The notes beneath the pieces are model-generated. The model saw only the letters and a program-made list of their open reading frames with translations. It had not been told where the DNA came from and did not search any database. Positions 27,801-42,089 of a DNA stretch of 64,000 nt are shown here, in pieces. Position 1 is the first letter of the stretch. Every line of letters starts with the position of its first letter. The stretch is from Trichoplax sp. H2 (Eukaryota): positions 62,001-126,000 of the forward strand of contig NOWV01000144.1 of NCBI GenBank assembly GCA_003344405.1, written 5' to 3'. Both the position numbers and the translations under genes were made by a program.

Positions 27801-30800
27801 AAAATCTTTAAGGTGTAGATTTTATTTTCAAAGGATGGGATCGCAATATATGTTCTTTTATTGATTATTTACATAAAGATGTATTATATAGAATTAACTA
27901 TTCAAATTTGATAACTTACCATCATCACACACTTCATGGCTACACTTTGGAGATCTGCAACTTTGTAGATTCTCTTTCTGGCACAGACATTGGTAGCCGC
28001 GTGGCTGATTTACGCATTTTTCATTTGCAGCACATGGATTTGCTTGGCAAGCATCTTCCTCTTCGAAAGGCGTTATACCATTGAGTGTATGATTATTACT
28101 AGTACAGTTGGCGTATTCGTTAGCGGTATTATCACAGTAACATTTAGCAACAGATAGATACTCTTCGGAAATAAATCCAGTTGTTCCATTCCTAGGCAGC
28201 CATCGCTGATTATATGAGTTTTTGTTATTAGAGGTAGTTTGCTGTACATAACAAATTGTTCCTAGAGGGCAAGCGCGATCACATCTGCTATCTTCAGTGG
28301 ATGATATATTCAACCGCGTAAATTCGTTTAATCGATCGATCTTATTATTAATAACATATTTAACATATTTCGAGTTGATAACTTGTGTTTGAGCAAGGTT
28401 AGTAACCATAACAATAGCTTCAAGAAATTGGAATTCTTGTGTTTGAATCGAGCGTTTTTGTCTATTCTCACTTTCAGTCGATTGGCTATTTTGTAATCCA
28501 ATAATAAGTACCCGTAATTGTGGGAAAATCATTTGCAGACCATCTTTTAAAACTTGTAATTCACCACTTTGCAAAAACTGGGCTATTGATGTCGATCGAA
28601 TTCGAAGCGCAACACTATTTTCCAATGCCTGGATTGAAATTACATTAATTGTAATATCTAACGAAGTTTTGCCTATTTGATAAGGACTGATCATTTTTAT
28701 ATTAAATCGATATCTGCCTGTCGGTAACGGTTGAATGATACTAATATTTCCGTAATAACGATCGATTACTATAGCAGAAAGTACGCTAGTGTTCTGTCCC
28801 AGATACTCTAGTTCATATTGCAATCGAGAAAACCAGCTTGGATTATCCACTCTAACTCGGCCAATTGGACCTAGCTGAGCTGACAATTGACTGCTTGCAA
28901 TATTTGNNNNNNNNNNNNNNNNNNNNAGAATATATAGTGCAAGCTACAATATAACGACTTATTTTAGACTGATTTCAAGTATAAGCTCAATTATGAAGAT
29001 TAAAAATTATTTTTGAATGTAGAGCAAAAGAATATATAGTGCAAGCTACAATATAACGACTTATTTTAGACTGATTTCAAGTATAAGCTCAATTATGAAG
29101 ATTAAAAATTATTTTTGAATGTAGAGCAAAAGAATATATAGTGCAAGCTACAATATAACGACTTATTTTAGACTGATTTCAAGTATAAGCTCAATTATGA
29201 AGATTAAAAATTATTTTTGAATGTAGAGCAAAAGAATATATAGTGCAAGCTACAATATAACGACTTATTTTAGACTGATTTCAAGTATAAGCTCAATTAT
29301 GAAGATTAAAAATTATTTTTGAATGTAGAGCAAAAGAATATATAGTGCAAGCTACAATATAACGACTTATTTTAGACTGATTTCAAGTATAAGCTCAATT
29401 ATGAAGATTAAAAATTATTTTTGAATGTAGAGCAAAAGAATATATAATGGAAGCTACAATATAACTGCTTCTTGCAGATTGATTTCAAGGAGAAGTTGTG
29501 TTATTGGNNNNNNNNNNNNNNNNNNNNCGGTTGAATGATACTAATATTTCCGTAATAACGATCGATTACTATAGCAGAAAGTACGCTAGTGTTCTGTCCC
29601 AGATACTCTAGTTCATATTGCAATCGAGAAAACCAGCTTGGATTATCCACTCTAACTCGGCCAATTGGACCAAGCTGAGCTGACAATTGACTGCTTGCAA
29701 TATTTGTTGAAATTGGCCTAGCTTGTGCTACTAACTCATCGTTATATCTGACATAAATGAAGATTTCTACGTTAGTAACGAAAGCTTTTGTTAACGTATG
29801 GTAAACATCAACCAAAAGCAATGTATGATTATGCTCTGGCTTAATCGTATCAGCCAATGTTAATAATCCTGTGGTATTGCCAAGTTGAAAAATTGTCGTT
29901 GCATTTAGCATTTGATAATAGATATGGTTAATTTGGAAGTCAAGATTGCTAGCTTTGACAGTTAATACTTCTGTCCCAACAGGAGTGCCTATATGAACGG
30001 TTGCGGTAAACCTTTTCGGTTCAAAGACTGCGCCAACTTCGTCGATTATAACCTGTAAAGCTGTTGTAGATGCTAACGACGGTGAACCATCATCTTTTGC
30101 TTGAATTGTTAAATAATATCTCTTTCGATAGTACTTATCCAACGCTCGAGCTAACGTTATAATACCTGTATTAGAATCCATATTAAAGTAATCTTGATTT
30201 GGAGTAAGAATTGAGTAACGTATGTTGGCATTTTCACGGCTATCGCGATCATATGCGACAAGGCGAACAATTGGTGTACCAGCTGATGTTAATTTATGCA
30301 TTTTGACAATATAGGATGATCGGGAAAATTGCGGCCGGTTATCATTTTTATCTTTGATATGAATTAATAACGTCGCAGTATCATACAACATTTCATCATC
30401 CTCATAATAACATTTAATCGTTACATTGTAATCTCGTACTTTTTCATAATCTAAATGTTGCTGTAATGTAACATTTCCAGTCTTTTCATCTATATGAAAG
30501 ACGTTACCCTTCTGCAGTGGTTGCTGTTGAATAATGGTATACATAATCGGTCCATAATGATAATGTTGATTGTATCCTGGATTAGCTTTTACATTAGCAA
30601 TCCATGTACCAGGCAGTGCATCTTCAGAAACAATACCCATGTAATAATCTAGTTCAAATTGAGGCAATAAAGATTGAATGTTGAACACTGATACAATAAT
30701 TTTTGTCGTTGCCGACATTTTAGGCTCACCATGATCACTAGCAATAGCAAGCAACGTATAATTATAGGATGGGCGTTCCATTAACGATTTTCCAAGATAC

Positions 30801-33800
30801 AATTGACCTGTTAGGCTATCTAACACAAATGTTCCATTTACAGAATCAATCAGTCCGTAAGTTAAATTACCAGCTTGACCTTCATCATTATCAATAGCCA
30901 TAATCTGTAATAACAAATGATTGATAGGGGCGTAGCTTTTAAGAGTGGCCTGATATTTTGTCGCTATAAACCTAGGTGGTTTATTGTCAATATTACTAAA
31001 CTGAACATGCAATTGTATATGACATGAAGGCGGGTTATGTGAAGGGCTTTTAGTGGCTATAATAATCAAATCATAATTTGGTTGATATCGTTGAAATTCA
31101 GTTAATGTTCTAATTTGGCCACGATGAGGATCAATTCGAAACGCTTTACTACCACCATATATTGTGTAAGTATAATTACTGTAATATTGTCGTTGTATAT
31201 CCTGAGGCTGGATCGTAAGTATGAGTGTTCCCACAGCAATATGATAAGGTAACGTCATCTTAATGTTAGCTCGTCGGCACGATGGCATATAAGATGTGAT
31301 ATCTACAGCAGTGATATTAACTTGTGTTGATGTCCAATGGCGACCACTAGATGCAATCACCTTTAATTGGTAATCCAACTGAACTGTACGATCAATTTTC
31401 TTCTTCAAAGTCAACAGGCCAGATTTCTCATCTAACTGAAAGTATCTTTTTCGATCCCCTTGTATAATATAATAGTTAACTTGATGGCGTTGGTATAAAT
31501 CATTATCGATTACTTGTAATTGCAATAAGCTAGACCCTATTGTTGCATCTTCTCGAACTTCAACTCGATAACTAGGCTGGCTAAACTGTATCGGTGAATC
31601 GTCTACATCAGCAATATCAATAGTAACTATCACATAGGATGATCGCTGTATTATCGGGCCATGATCTAGTGCTTCTATTCTTAACTCATAACGTGATTGT
31701 TGTTCACGATCAAATTGTCCTTCAGTAGTTATCCAACCATTCTGCGGATCGATAAAAAATCGACGATATTGACTTATGTCTGATGTTGGAGGAGAAAACT
31801 GGTAATGAAATGTTGCATTATCACCTAAATCTGCGTCAGAAGCCTTAACTTGAATCACTCGATAACGGAGTGGGACATCTTCTGCCATGCATATGACATA
31901 GGAACGGCTTGTAAACTGGGGTGCATTATCATTACTATCTAAGACGGTAATTTTAATTTCAGTTAATGCCGGTACTTGACGTGATGCCCATGCTTCAGCA
32001 TATAAATTGTAAGTTTGCACTATCTCACGATCTAATAGCGTCTCAGTAACCAATTGCCCAGTTGTGCTGATTAATGTAAAATTTTGCAGGCTATTAGTTG
32101 ATAACCAATTTCCGTTGGCTAAATTATACGACAAAATACGACTGCTATCGTTGCTAAATTGCGCTTTTAATTGGGTTATAACCGTTTTCACTGATGTTTC
32201 CTCACTAATTCTATACTCATACGATGCATGCTGAAATTCAGGTTTCATCTGGCTTGGATCATACATCGAGATCGACACTTGTGTTGTTGAATATAATCTT
32301 GTATCAGCAATATCTGTTGCCCGTACAACAAAATCGAAACTCATAATAGAATTAATATTGCCTAATGTCCTGATAATGCCGGAACGTCGACCGATGGTGA
32401 AAAAGTCTTTAGCACTAGAGGTGTCGATTCGGTATCGAATCATTGCATTATTGTCAATATCACGATCTAAGGCTTTAACAGTGACGACTTTAGCACCAGT
32501 ACCATTGCCAACTGGTAATAAACCTTGGAAACGCCGCAATAAAAATAATGGTCGATTATCATTTTCATCCAAAACAGTAATTTCAACTTCCGTCCATGCG
32601 ATACGACAGCTAGACGTTTTAGCATATAAAGCAAATTGAATTCGTTGCTGCAACGGAAGTTCTCGATCAAAAATTTTTCGACTTCTTAACTGTCCGTTCA
32701 GTCGATTAATAGTAATCAATTCCCTTGCATAGTCGTCCAAAATGTAATAGTACTCTATATCAATGGACTGATTATATTGATTGGTGACCATGACAGTTGT
32801 AATCAACGTATCACTGGGTAGATTTTCTCCAATTGAACCTCGATATAGATTTTGCGAAAATATAGGCTGAAGATCCTCAGCTCTTTGTAGGACGCGAACG
32901 ATTACCCTAGTTTGGCCAATTAAACGACCATCTGTAGCTGCTATAATTAAAGTATACGTTGGGAGTGGGGGTCGATGATGCTCTAATGAGCGATTTAGCC
33001 AAATTACACCGGTTAATGGATCCAAACGAAACGTTGAATTAAAGTTGCCATATTGAATAGAATAGGTAATTTGCCTATTCTCGTCTTCATCGAAAGCTTG
33101 AACACATAATATAAATTGTCCAATATTAGCTTTAATATCAACTTGACTGGTGTAGACGACTTGCTCAAATTGTGGAGCTTCATCATCGGTATTTAAAATA
33201 TGAACCAGAACTAAAGTAGTATCAGAAAGCCGCTGAGATTGACCGAAATCCCGGGCGATAATTTCAAACTCGTATTCTTTCTTCCGTTCATAATCTAAAG
33301 GTCCTGCTACTTTTATAATACCAGTCAGTGGATCGACTTCAAATGGCAATCGAGAAGTTAATACTTGCTGATCTTGTAATGATGATGCAGACGATACAAG
33401 TGAATAGGTTATATTCCCATTTTGGCCGTCGTCTGCATCAATTGCCGTTACGCGTAAAACAATTACCCCAATAGGTAACGATTCATTAATGGAAATCTCA
33501 TATACTTTATGCAGAAAAATTGGAGCATGATCATTGATATCAATAACATGTAGATCGAGTGTGGTAACCGTCGTTAATTGAGTTACTGGATCATTAGCTT
33601 GAATGAATAAATTATATGTGGATTGTAATTCATAGTCAAGTTCATTTTTTAGAGTTACATGACCATCTGAATCAATACTTAACGGATTTAATTCATCAGT
33701 ATCTTCAAATGTATACGTTAAAGTATTGTTATTAATAGATTGAGCTCTTACGAGTTGTATTGTAGTACCAATAGCGGTATCTTCCCTGATATTAGCTGTG

Positions 33801-36800
33801 TAAGCTGGATATTCAAATAATGGCTGGGTGTTATTTGTTATTCGAAGGAGTAGCCGACTTGTTGAAAATAAATTAGTATTATTCTTATCTTGTACACGGA
33901 CTATCATCTGATACATAGGCAATGCTGAAGTAAGATCTCTTTGGATAGATAGAATTCCACTTTGAGAATCGAGATGAAAGAAGCCGTTATCATTACCAGA
34001 TACAATCGCTAAAGTTCTTTGCTTGTATTCAAACTGCTGATCAGGATCGAACGTTTCCAATCGAATTATTCGATATCCTACATTCCAGTATCGATAGATT
34101 ACTTGATAATAGGGTGATTTAAGGAACTGAGGAGAATTATCATTTTGATCTTCAATAGTAATATTGACAAATGTTTGTGCAGTTCGTGATGGAATGCGAT
34201 GATCCTTTGCTTGAATAACAACTACATAATAAGGAGTTTTTTCTCTATCGAATCGATATCCTACACTAGTTAAGACTCCACTCCATGGATCAAGTTGAAA
34301 TAATGGTGGCTCTTTGGCATTTAAAATTTTATATTCGACCCGATCTGTAACTTGTGTACCAATTGCTGTTACTCTAATTAATGATTGAATGGTAGTTTGG
34401 TTCTCCATAAGTTTTACTCTATACATTGATTGATGAAATCTTAATGTGGATTTTAAAGGTAAGACATGAATATATACTTTGCCCAAAGTACGATAGATTT
34501 GATCGTATGCTAGTATATCTAATTCATAAGTGCCACGACGTAATTGATTTTGGATTGCAACTTTAACATGTCCACTTTGAGCATTAATTTCAAAATTAGA
34601 ATGGTTACTTGTCATAATGGAATATCTTACAGGTTGAGCTCCATAACCATGAGATTGTGCGCTTACTCTGCCTACTGTTACACCTGCATAAGTTGGTGTG
34701 TATAACTGAAACTGATATGGATTATGTAAAAATACTGGAGGTTGATCATGAATATCGGTGATATGAATAATAACTTTAGCAGGTCTTCGGCTGTAATAGC
34801 GGACAGGTGTTCCATGATCATATGCCGTAATTAACAAGGTATAGCTTTTCTGATTTTCAAAATTAATTCGTTGACGCGTTTGAATAGTTCCATCATCGTT
34901 AATTCGAAATGGAGAGTGATCTAATGGATAAACAATCTTATAGCTAACATTTCCATTTTGTCCAAAATCATCATCAGTAGCTACGACATGTAACGGTCTC
35001 GATGTAGGATTCATTGCAATTGATGTTGAAGGTTTAAAGGGATAAACTAAACTCCCTAGTGGCACTTCTTCTTGAATTACTCCCACAAAATAACTTTGAT
35101 TAATAAAAACAGGATGGTGATTATTAATATCTTGCACATATATTTCAAGTATGCATTGATCCTGTAGTTGATTTATCCCTTGAGCAGCAATTCCTAATGT
35201 ATAGCGGTGCATCTTTCGTATATTCAATGGAACTGAAGTTCTAACAATTCCAGTTAATGGATCAATATGAAAAGGAATATCTTTAGTATTGATAGTTTGA
35301 TTTACAATTGAATAAGATATCAATTGTGGTTGAACAAGCGATAGCTGAGTTACGTATGTATTAACTGGTTGCGCTTCTTTGACATAACTTGTATAATATC
35401 GCTGTTGAAATCGTGGTCGCACATGATTATGCGAGAGGATTGCCGGCGAAACAGTAACTTGAACAGTAATATTAATTTCAGAAAAGATTGATGCCATCAC
35501 AATAAAGCGATAATTTAAAATTGTTTCATTATTTCTAATAGTATTAAAAGCTGGTGCTTTATTTACATAAAGCATTCCAGTATTTTCATGGATACAAAAT
35601 GTTGAATCACTTTCATTATTAACAATTTGATATTTTATAGCAGGCGATGGTAATAACGAGTAATGAGAGGTCGAAGTAACTAATGCAACAACTTGTCCGA
35701 CCGGTAAACCAATCTTTGTTTCTTCAGGAACTTGAAATGTGTAGTGTGATTGAGCAAATTTTAAATAAGTTCCTTCTGAACTATTATCATGAACAAGTAT
35801 CAATATTCGTGTAGCATCTTCATGCTGTGGTTGGCCATTATCGGAAGCTATAACAGTAAATGTAAATTGTTGCTGTTGTTGATAAGGCAAGATTTGTTTC
35901 ATTAATATTACTCGACCAGTATCTTTCTCGATATTAAAATACTCTCGAATAACATCAGGTGTATGATCATCCAGTGAATAAGTTACTTTCTCCGTTAGAT
36001 CTTTATCAATAGCTCTCAACATTAACACCGTAAAACCAATTGGTGTCGTGAGTGAAACAATTGCTTGATATTGACGCTGTAGAAATCGGGGCCAATAGTG
36101 ATTAACATTACGAACAAAAATTTCAATCGTACACTTGGCTACTTGGTAGCCATTTGTCGTTGATATATGCAATGTATATCGGCTTTGTTGATCATAATGA
36201 AGTGGATGAGCTAGGCGAATTAAACCAGTATCGGTGCTGATAATAAAAGTATAATTATCATTCCTTGCATGAATCCAATAATTTAATTGAGTTTTATTCG
36301 TAGAAGTTATTTTAGGATACCATACTACTGCCATAATTTGAAGATTTTCATTTAAAACGATGGGATAGTTATCACAGAAATGAGGTATTGGTGTTACCTC
36401 TGATGGACCAATACTTCTGACCCGTATAGTAGCAATACTCGATGGATTATTCCTAGCCGCCATAACAGGCGATAATGATTGTGTTATATTGGAGTATTTT
36501 TGTGCAGCAACTGTCAGTGTATACTGATTTTGTTGATTTAATGTCTCACTACATTGGATAATACCAGTATGTGATTCAATTGTAAATTTACTCGATTGAT
36601 CATCTAATAACGTGTAATAAAATCGTTGCTCAGGATTATACCGATTTAGTGCTAGTACACGCAACATAAAATTACTTAATCTTGTTAATGATTGGGCAAT
36701 AATATCAACCTTGTAATGATCTTGAGTAAAAGCGATGATTGCTTTTTGTTGACGAATTAAATGAATATGAATTCGCACACGAGTTTGCCATCGACCATCA

Positions 36801-39800
36801 CTGATAGAAATTATTAGCATAAAATCTTGGCCATTTTGACTTAGGCGAGGTGTTTTAGCAATGGTCAATCTACCAGTATTAACATTGAGGTAGAAGTATT
36901 GATTTTCATTTCCTTTTATAATATGAAATCGTAATTGACATAAAGATGACATCTTTCCAGGTGATTCTGCTAGGCAATCTTGATCGTCTGCTTGGATATG
37001 AATGATTTCAAATCCGACTGGAGAATTTTCTTCAATAGTTTGATGGTAAATGGCTTGCTTTGGTAATGGTGGATGATCATTGATATTGATAATATTCATA
37101 ATCACTAGCAGCTGATTCCATTGAAATGGTAAAGTTGTCTTATCGGTAACTTGGACAGTTAACCAAAGCTGATGATGTAGTTCATAATCTAATGATTTTA
37201 AGATAGTAATATTGCCATTGATTGAATTTATTTGAAAATACTCTAATCCATTACCATTGATAATTTGGTAGACATAATGATGGCGATCAGCATTTTCAAT
37301 CTTTTGAACTTGAAGATATCTGGTAATATCAGTAATAACTGTTCCTACAGTTGTATTTTCGAAAATATTGACTTGGATTTGCTCAGACAAAAATTGAGGC
37401 CGAATAGGCAAGCGTGGTACAACAGCAATATCAACATAACACCGGTCAACTTTGGGAAATAAACTGCGATCTTTAGCACGTAAAAGAAAGTGAAAATAGC
37501 GCCATAAAAATGATTGCTGTTGATATTCGTACGGCTGTGTTAATGATGATCCCAAGTAGATAGTTCCAGTCACACGATTGACAACCCATTTACGATGGCC
37601 TCCACGTGTTGGAGCATATCTTATAACACCATTTTCACCAAAATCCCCATCAGTAGCATGAATTCTAGTAATATAGCTGGCCAAAGGTATATCGTTAGGT
37701 AGCCAAACATAATAAGTGGATCGATCAAGTTGTGGCGTATAAAAATTAATGTTTGCAACGCGCATTATTCCCAAGTGTCGATAAGTTAAATATCCACCTT
37801 GGCTATTGTTTTGTAATAAAATAAGTAAATGAAACTGTTGTTGCAGATTAGTAGGTGTTTCGACTAATGCTTTTAATATACCACTTTTTCTATCCAATTG
37901 GAAATAATCTAAATAAGTCAATAGAGAATAAGAAATGTTGCCTTTTAAGCTGAAATAGGATGTGATATTTACAATTTTATGATCAATCGGTGTATAACTT
38001 GTTATTGGTATAAAAGGTATCATAGTTGAATTATATAGAATGGAATTATCATCTCCATTAGCTGGGGTAATTAATTGAATTTGCAACGTTGTTTGAGTAG
38101 AGCGGCGCTGCAAACCTGCATCATAAGCAGTAATAACCAATTGAAATGTCTTCCATGTTGTTTCATTTAAAGATTCTATCAATTTTAATTCTCCACTGAT
38201 ATAATCTAACGAAAAGAAGCCATGATGATTACCACTGGATAATACATACATCACTAACCCATCTAAGCCATCATCATCGTCTGTAGCATAAAAAGTATAA
38301 ATAGAACGTTTGGACGATGGTGGTGTATTTTTATTTAACTTTAGAATCAGTAAATTTTGACGATGCCGTCGAAATTGCGGCGTATATTGATTACTGTCAA
38401 TTTGATATGATGAAGATATACGTTGTATGGCACGAGTCGGTGATGGCAAGGTAGTATTATCGTCTAATTGGCATCCTAAAGTAATGATAACTTGTGATTG
38501 GTAATAATATGGATTACCTTGATCTAGAGCTCGGATAATTAATGGTATGCCATGTAACTGACGACAACGGATTTCATCAACTTGTTGATCTAGAGTTAAT
38601 AGGCCACTATGCTGACCAATAGTAAATGGAACAGATTGATTATTAACGATGGTATATAATATATCTTGCGTGGTATTCAAATAGGGTGGATGATAAACTT
38701 GAGCATGAATTTGAATAATTGGATGCTGATAACCAAATTGTTGTGTTGTTGTCAATGTCAGAACAGATGGTGGCAACGGTTTAAATTGTGGTATATAACG
38801 ATGAACTGGAATAACTTGAACGATAACGATTACCTGATAAATTTCATTAAAGCTACGATATCCCCATACATCTAATCGATAGCTTGATCGTTGTTGATAT
38901 GTTAATAAATTTTTCTTAGTAAAGAGAATTCCATGTTGTGAGGAAAGGGTAAATATACCTTCTTCATTACCATTTCGCATAGCATAGATAACACCTGTTT
39001 TATGACCAGTTGCAGCTAATCGACCAACTTCAATACCAGGTGGTGCACAATCCATAATCTGGAATTGATAGCTATCCCTTGAAAATATTCGCCTAACTTT
39101 GGGCGTAATCGATACAACAAAATTTAGTTGCGATGTTAATGCTGGTCGGCCATTATCAGTTGCAGTAACTCGTAAATAAAACTGATTAACATCCGATGTA
39201 GATGTTTGTTGTCCATCTTGTTCAAATGCTTGCTTTAAGACAACATAGTATTGATCGCGATTTTCTACCCGTTGCATAGTAAATAAATCACGATTATCGT
39301 TAATAACTTGAACTGCTACATTTAAAATTGTTCCATAACGACCATAATCACCATCACGAATGGATAACTTTGCAACACGTGTAGAACGAGATGCCGGTGT
39401 TGGCAATGGCCATATGGTTATAATTTCAATTTGCGGCGGATGATAACTTGTAACATTGATGACATCGATAGTGACTCGAGCTTGACTTCGATATGGTATT
39501 GGGCCGCGATCTTGTGCTTCCACTTGGAATTGAAATACTTGCCTAGCATATTTAATATTTAACGTTTGGACAACATAGACAAATCCAGTAATATAATTGA
39601 TTGCGAAATAAGCATTTTCCTCTACTAAACGATACATAATTTGCCCATTTAGACCATTATCTTGATCTATTGCTTTAACTTGAATTACTGGTGTACCTAC
39701 GGGTGTATTAGAATAAATTATACTTGTATATAATGATTGCTGAAATAGCGGAATATGGCGATTTCTTTCATCGACAATTTCAATTAAAATTTGACTATAA

Positions 39801-40333
39801 CCCAAATGGAAATGATTGCGCTGCTTACTATTACTATCATTATTAGCACTTTGATCCAATGCTATAAGAGTATATAGGTTGTGATGTGTTGATGATTTTA
39901 AATTAGCTTGATTGTTCGGCCTTGTTACGCTTGAGAATGGAGTAGCTGTGGACTCTTTTTCATAATGTTCTAACGATGATCGACTCTGAATTATAAGCTG
40001 ATTGAAATTATCGTTGATACAGCGTGTACTAACTTGCCATAATCCATCCACGTCATTTTCGAATTGATATTGAATTGGATTTTGTTGGCAATTTGGTCTA
40101 TAGATGCCAACACGTTGCATCATAAATTGAACAATACTTCCTATCGGTGTCATTCTATCAATTTTACCCTTATAATAAAAACTAGTAAATAATAACGAAT
40201 GATGAATTATTGTATCATTTTGATTATAAATAAATGATGGTAAATGATTTGATCGACATTGGTTGCCATAGACTATCAGACTACTTGCTGATACCAAGAG
40301 TATCGAGAATAACATCAACGCAGGCCTTGCCAT
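24813..40333 (-). CDS. FAT1: Fat-like giant atypical cadherin (FAT1/2/3, Drosophila Fat2 type), ~4738 aa after removing the assembly artefact
   Basis: Signal peptide; about 30 or more cadherin repeats (LDYE/FDRE, DxNDNxPxF); then EGF, one laminin-G, several EGFs, a TM helix (ILGMSLFIAAGVVLVSLFIIW) and a cytoplasmic tail ending CSDV. Exons: 40333-27920 (minus an 800-bp artefact at 28728-29527), 27599-27439, 27254-24813, all phase-consistent. The segment SGVLTSVGYRFDRE...EDQNDNSPQFLKSPYY and the single LamG fit FAT1-3 rather than FAT4. The symbol denotes the subfamily. Confidence 0.92.
28728..29706. other. Assembly artefact: two 20-N gaps (28907-28926, 29508-29527) and a 179-bp duplicated overlap (28728-28906 = 29528-29706)
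   Basis: The two copies are offset by 800 bp and differ at one synonymous site (28872 t versus 29672 a). Merging them restores a continuous Fat reading frame. Confidence 0.9.
28927..29507. repeat. 102-bp tandem repeat, 5 identical units plus a partial variant, on a small contig between two N gaps
   Basis: Units start at 28927, 29029, 29131, 29233, 29335 and 29437. 29335-29507 is identical to 42486-42658. Confidence 0.97.
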
Positions 40334-42089
40334 TGTCTATCAACGGATATTAAATATATCGAGCAAAGATAAACTTATATTAGAAAAAATTTTAAAATTA
40401 AAAAGGATTAATCCAATAGAAAGGGATGCCCAATGAATCAATCATGAACAACGTATAAAATAGCAAATAAATGTTCAATAGCTCTACTATTGCAATCACT
40501 AAATAGTAACAAAGTGAAAATTTCAAATACCCAAGTCTATGTAAAAATTGTAAAGGGAAAATGAACAAAAATTGTACAATAAATGATTAACAGCAGTTAA
40601 AATGAACCCCAAAGGATTACTTTAAATAAGTAAAAATGAGTTGACAGTCAAAAAAATTAAAATAGGACAAAAAAACTGTTAGATTTAGAATAAAAATTAT
40701 GATAATAATAATAATTATGATGAAGAAAAAATTGATCCAGATGGAAATTAAATAGATAATACAATTTTAAAAATGTTATGGCCAGTCTAAGAATAGAATT
40801 GGATTAGGTAAATGAAGAAAGTAAATGGTATACTTCTAAGCTAATATTGAGGTAATCAATATCCTTGAAAAACTTCGATTGAATTATCCACTAAGGTAAA
40901 TTGAATTTGTATCAAAAAGCATTCAATTTTTGTAATTGAAACTTGAGATAGACTATCGGTAATATTAAATCCAAGTTGAAATCACCAATTCAGCTTGATT
41001 AAGGATAGAATACAATAGCGATAATCTGCGTAATATTCAAGTCAATATCCGTATTACTATTGTGGTAGTCCTTTCAATCTTTGTTTCAATTTCAATCTTC
41101 TGTAGTATTCCCAGCTTAATAAAGATATTCAATTTCGTCTTTATTATTTCCAATTCTAGACTTATACCACTCAACAAATTGGCTTATTTGTTAATTTAAG
41201 GATGGCGTTACCACAGTATATTCGATGTTGTAAAATTGGAAAATATTTTACTGGCTAAACTTGAGATAACACTAACCATCAACAATATATTAAATTTTCT
41301 TGTAAGAAAATGTGAAGCTGTTTCGAACGATGACGAAGGATACACAAGTATATACGGATATCAACTAGGCAAAAATGGAGAAGATAGCTTGGATAATAAC
41401 CAAGAAAAACTGGCCTCCTCTGGTCACAGATGTAACAAAGACAGTCGAAGTGAAAATGTGGATTAAACTACCGATTTAAGATGGTAGAACGAATCCCAAA
41501 GATTCAGCTTTAGATTAATATTGTGAATGACCAGAGTTTTAAATTTTCTTTTTCTCTTCAATCTGAGTACCAAGTTTATTTACGTGATTGAAAATCTTCT
41601 AGTAGCTCGACAATAATATACGACGACATAACGGAAGCCATTACTGGCTAGCCAAGCTACGGAAATTATCTTCTACCATATTGGGTATTGGCCGAGTGAT
41701 TAGACCTTTTTAAAATTTTCTTTATTTAATTTTATGATTTTTCCTTCCTGCATCGATGAAGAGAATAAATTGAAATAAGAACAAGTTGTAGATAATAAAA
41801 AGGGTTGAAGAATAAGCAATCTATTAACAGGATTTCCCTAATGAATTAGTTAAACCTTTACTGCATAAAAACAGTAACGATTTATTTATCTCCTTATGTA
41901 TATTTTGGACTAATTGAAGAATGCTTTATAGGAAAATTATCGAAGTTTTAAAAATTGAATTAAAAATCAAGAGGGCATAAAATGAATGCTACGATATGGC
42001 TGCGCATTTTAGACTGATGAGAAGAATGCATTCTATTGAGGTTTAAATCGTTTTTAAATAGAGCAGGAGTGTATAAAATGGATGTTCTA

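Noticed and set aside
28927..29507. Tandem repeat as a CRISPR array or a transposon with 179-bp target duplication
   Set aside because: No unique spacers, eukaryotic context, bounded by N gaps, and its end matches 42486-42658, so it is best explained as an assembly artefact.
25021..38875. Short antisense or alternative-frame ORFs within the Fat gene
   Set aside because: Shadow ORFs of a long coding sequence, with no independent features.
24813..40333. Classification as a classical cadherin or FAT4
   Set aside because: The single LamG domain and FAT1-3-like repeat sequences favour Fat-like, despite the catenin-type tail motif.
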